A stretch of 64,000 bases of DNA from Carcharhinus amblyrhynchos (Eukaryota), in assembly GCA_965287045.1 (NCBI GenBank), contig OZ336904.1:12648001-12712000 (forward strand). The letters run 5' to 3'. Of this stretch, positions 62,353 through 64,000 are shown one piece after another; the first letter of the stretch is position 1; every line of letters starts with the position of its first letter. Below the pieces are notes generated by a model that worked only from the letters and a program-made list of their open reading frames with translations, made no database searches and was not told where the DNA came from. The position numbers and the translations under genes were made by a program.

Positions 62353-63745
62353 AGCGAATATTCAATCCAGCTTGCAAAATATTCAACTAAAACAGAAGCC
62401 GTTCGAAACAATTAGTACTTAATTACTCTCTTTAAAACGGACAGGGATTCATTTGAAAAGTGAACCATCAGACATACCCAAGCACCCCCAAGTTGAAGCT
62501 CAATATACTTTTGAATACGAAGACAATTAATGAATATGTAACAATGATAGAAGGTGAAGTCGAGATAGAAGATCATGATCCTAGTGAACAGCAAAGCAGG
62601 TTTGAAGGGCTGAATGGGCTTCATCTGCCTCCATTGTCATGTTCACCTCATACTAGATCGTTTTCACAGGCGCTAACTCATTTGCATACTTCTGCATTTT
62701 CTACTTGTTTGGGTTCATGACATTTTAAGCTTTCTTTCTGTTTGTAATGCAAAACCACTTATTACACAAAAAGGACAGAAGGACAGTGTGCAATAATGGG
62801 ACATGACATCAATTCCCCACATGATGCAGCTTTGCAGGAGGCACTGAGCAGAATTCCAGCCTTATCTGCCTCCCACTAAAGAGATGTCCCTTTGATACAG
62901 CTCTCAGAGGAGCTTTAAGGATTAGTATCCTGTCGCTTAACATCATTGGTCACAGTAACATGAGAGGAAGTACTTCATTTGCTACCCAAGACAGGATCCA
63001 AAGTAGAAAATTTGGAAGAAATTTAAAAAACTGGGATTAAAAACCTACAACAGCAACTACTCTTCAACACTACATTAAGAGAACTCAACGTAGTGCTACT
63101 TTGTCTCAGAAACACACAAGTCACAGCACACATACAATAACAAGTTAACAGTCTAGGTGCATGTGTTAAATATCAACAAGGTAGGTAAGAATGTATAAAT
63201 GGTTTTATTTGTCAAAAAAAATACAAAAGGATCATGCGACTCGGAGGTCATCTCAGCTGACCTATAGCAGAATCGTGCACACACATTACTGCTCCCTTTC
63301 TGCACAAGCATACAGGTTTCCAGTTCGTTCAGAATTTTCAGATGTATCGCAAATCGAGCTACTGAGTGAGGATAACCAGAAATTGGGTTAAATGGTCCTC
63401 TGACATTTATTACACAGATAGCAGCAACAGCATCGAGCTGGCCCCCACTCAGTTGCACATTACTATTCAAAATTACACAATTAGCACCGATGCATTACTT
63501 CCATTCAAATTAATAGGTGCAACAAAAAAAATCACTGTTTGAAATCAGAAAGACTTTATCACATGTGCGGGGAAGAAGTGGGACGATAACTTGCAACACT
63601 CTAGAAGCTGAACATGCATGCACAAAGAATCATACAGCAATGCAGCAGCTAGTTACTGCTGGAGCTCATTGGCTTGTCACTCACATTCAGCATGAAATTA
63701 AGAGGGTGACAAAAAAATGAGTGGGGGGGGGGGTGAAGAAAGCTG

Positions 63746-63988
63746 TGTAACAAAAAAAAATGCATCTACAGGACTAAGTGCAAGAATTCCAGGGGAAAGA
63801 TGGACTTAAATGTTTTGTAACAAAAAATGCATCTAAATGCAAACAATTCAGGGGAAAGATGGATTTAAATGTTTTGTAACAAAAAAATGCATCTAAATGC
63901 AAAAAATTCAGGGCAAAGATGGATTTAAGTGTTTTGTAACAAAAAATGCATCTAAATGCAAAAAATTCAGGGCAAAGATGGATTTAAT
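63746..63988. repeat. Minisatellite, ~59-bp unit, 4 copies
   Basis: Units start at 63746, 63816, 63875 and 63935: tgtaacaaaaaatgcatctaaatgcaaa-aattcaggg-aaagatggatttaa-tgttt. Confidence 0.95.
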
Positions 63989-64000
63989 TTTTTTTACCCT

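Noticed and set aside
63746-63988. CRISPR-like array
   Set aside because: Whole units repeat with no unique spacers, there are no cas genes, and the context is vertebrate.
1-64000. Naming the host gene
   Set aside because: No coding exon was recognised. Motif patterns fit many large multi-promoter regulatory genes, so any symbol would be a guess.

Overview
AT-rich, CpG-depleted vertebrate genomic DNA. The repeat families point to a cartilaginous fish, most likely a shark: HE1-type V-SINEs, SacSINE1/DeuSINE-type SINEs and several CR1 LINE subfamilies. I recognise no host protein-coding exon, tRNA/rRNA gene or CRISPR array. Every long ORF I can assign in the ORF track is transposon-derived (CR1 reverse transcriptase, RTE, Gypsy integrase). 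The window looks like the interior of a large gene transcribed on the minus strand (long introns or a multi-promoter 5' region). This is inferred from A-run-rich + strand composition, several strong minus-strand splice donors, TE-poor blocks at about 0.6-4.1 kb and 37.5-52 kb, and YY1/CRE/RFX motif clusters. The host gene cannot be named from sequence alone. Main points for follow-up: (1) a young CR1 rearranged by a small inversion with a 78-bp inverted duplication at 52.1-52.7 kb; (2) an unexplained CpG-retaining segment at 25.4-25.9 kb; (3) a YY1-dense candidate internal promoter at 44.6-46.1 kb; (4) tandem RFX X-boxes at 36.2 kb; (5) a candidate 9-nt microexon at 40479-40487; (6) an inverted Gypsy-integrase repeat at 6.5-7.1 kb. 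I cannot support a wholly new biological system. Repeat family names come from recalled consensus motifs and boundaries are approximate.
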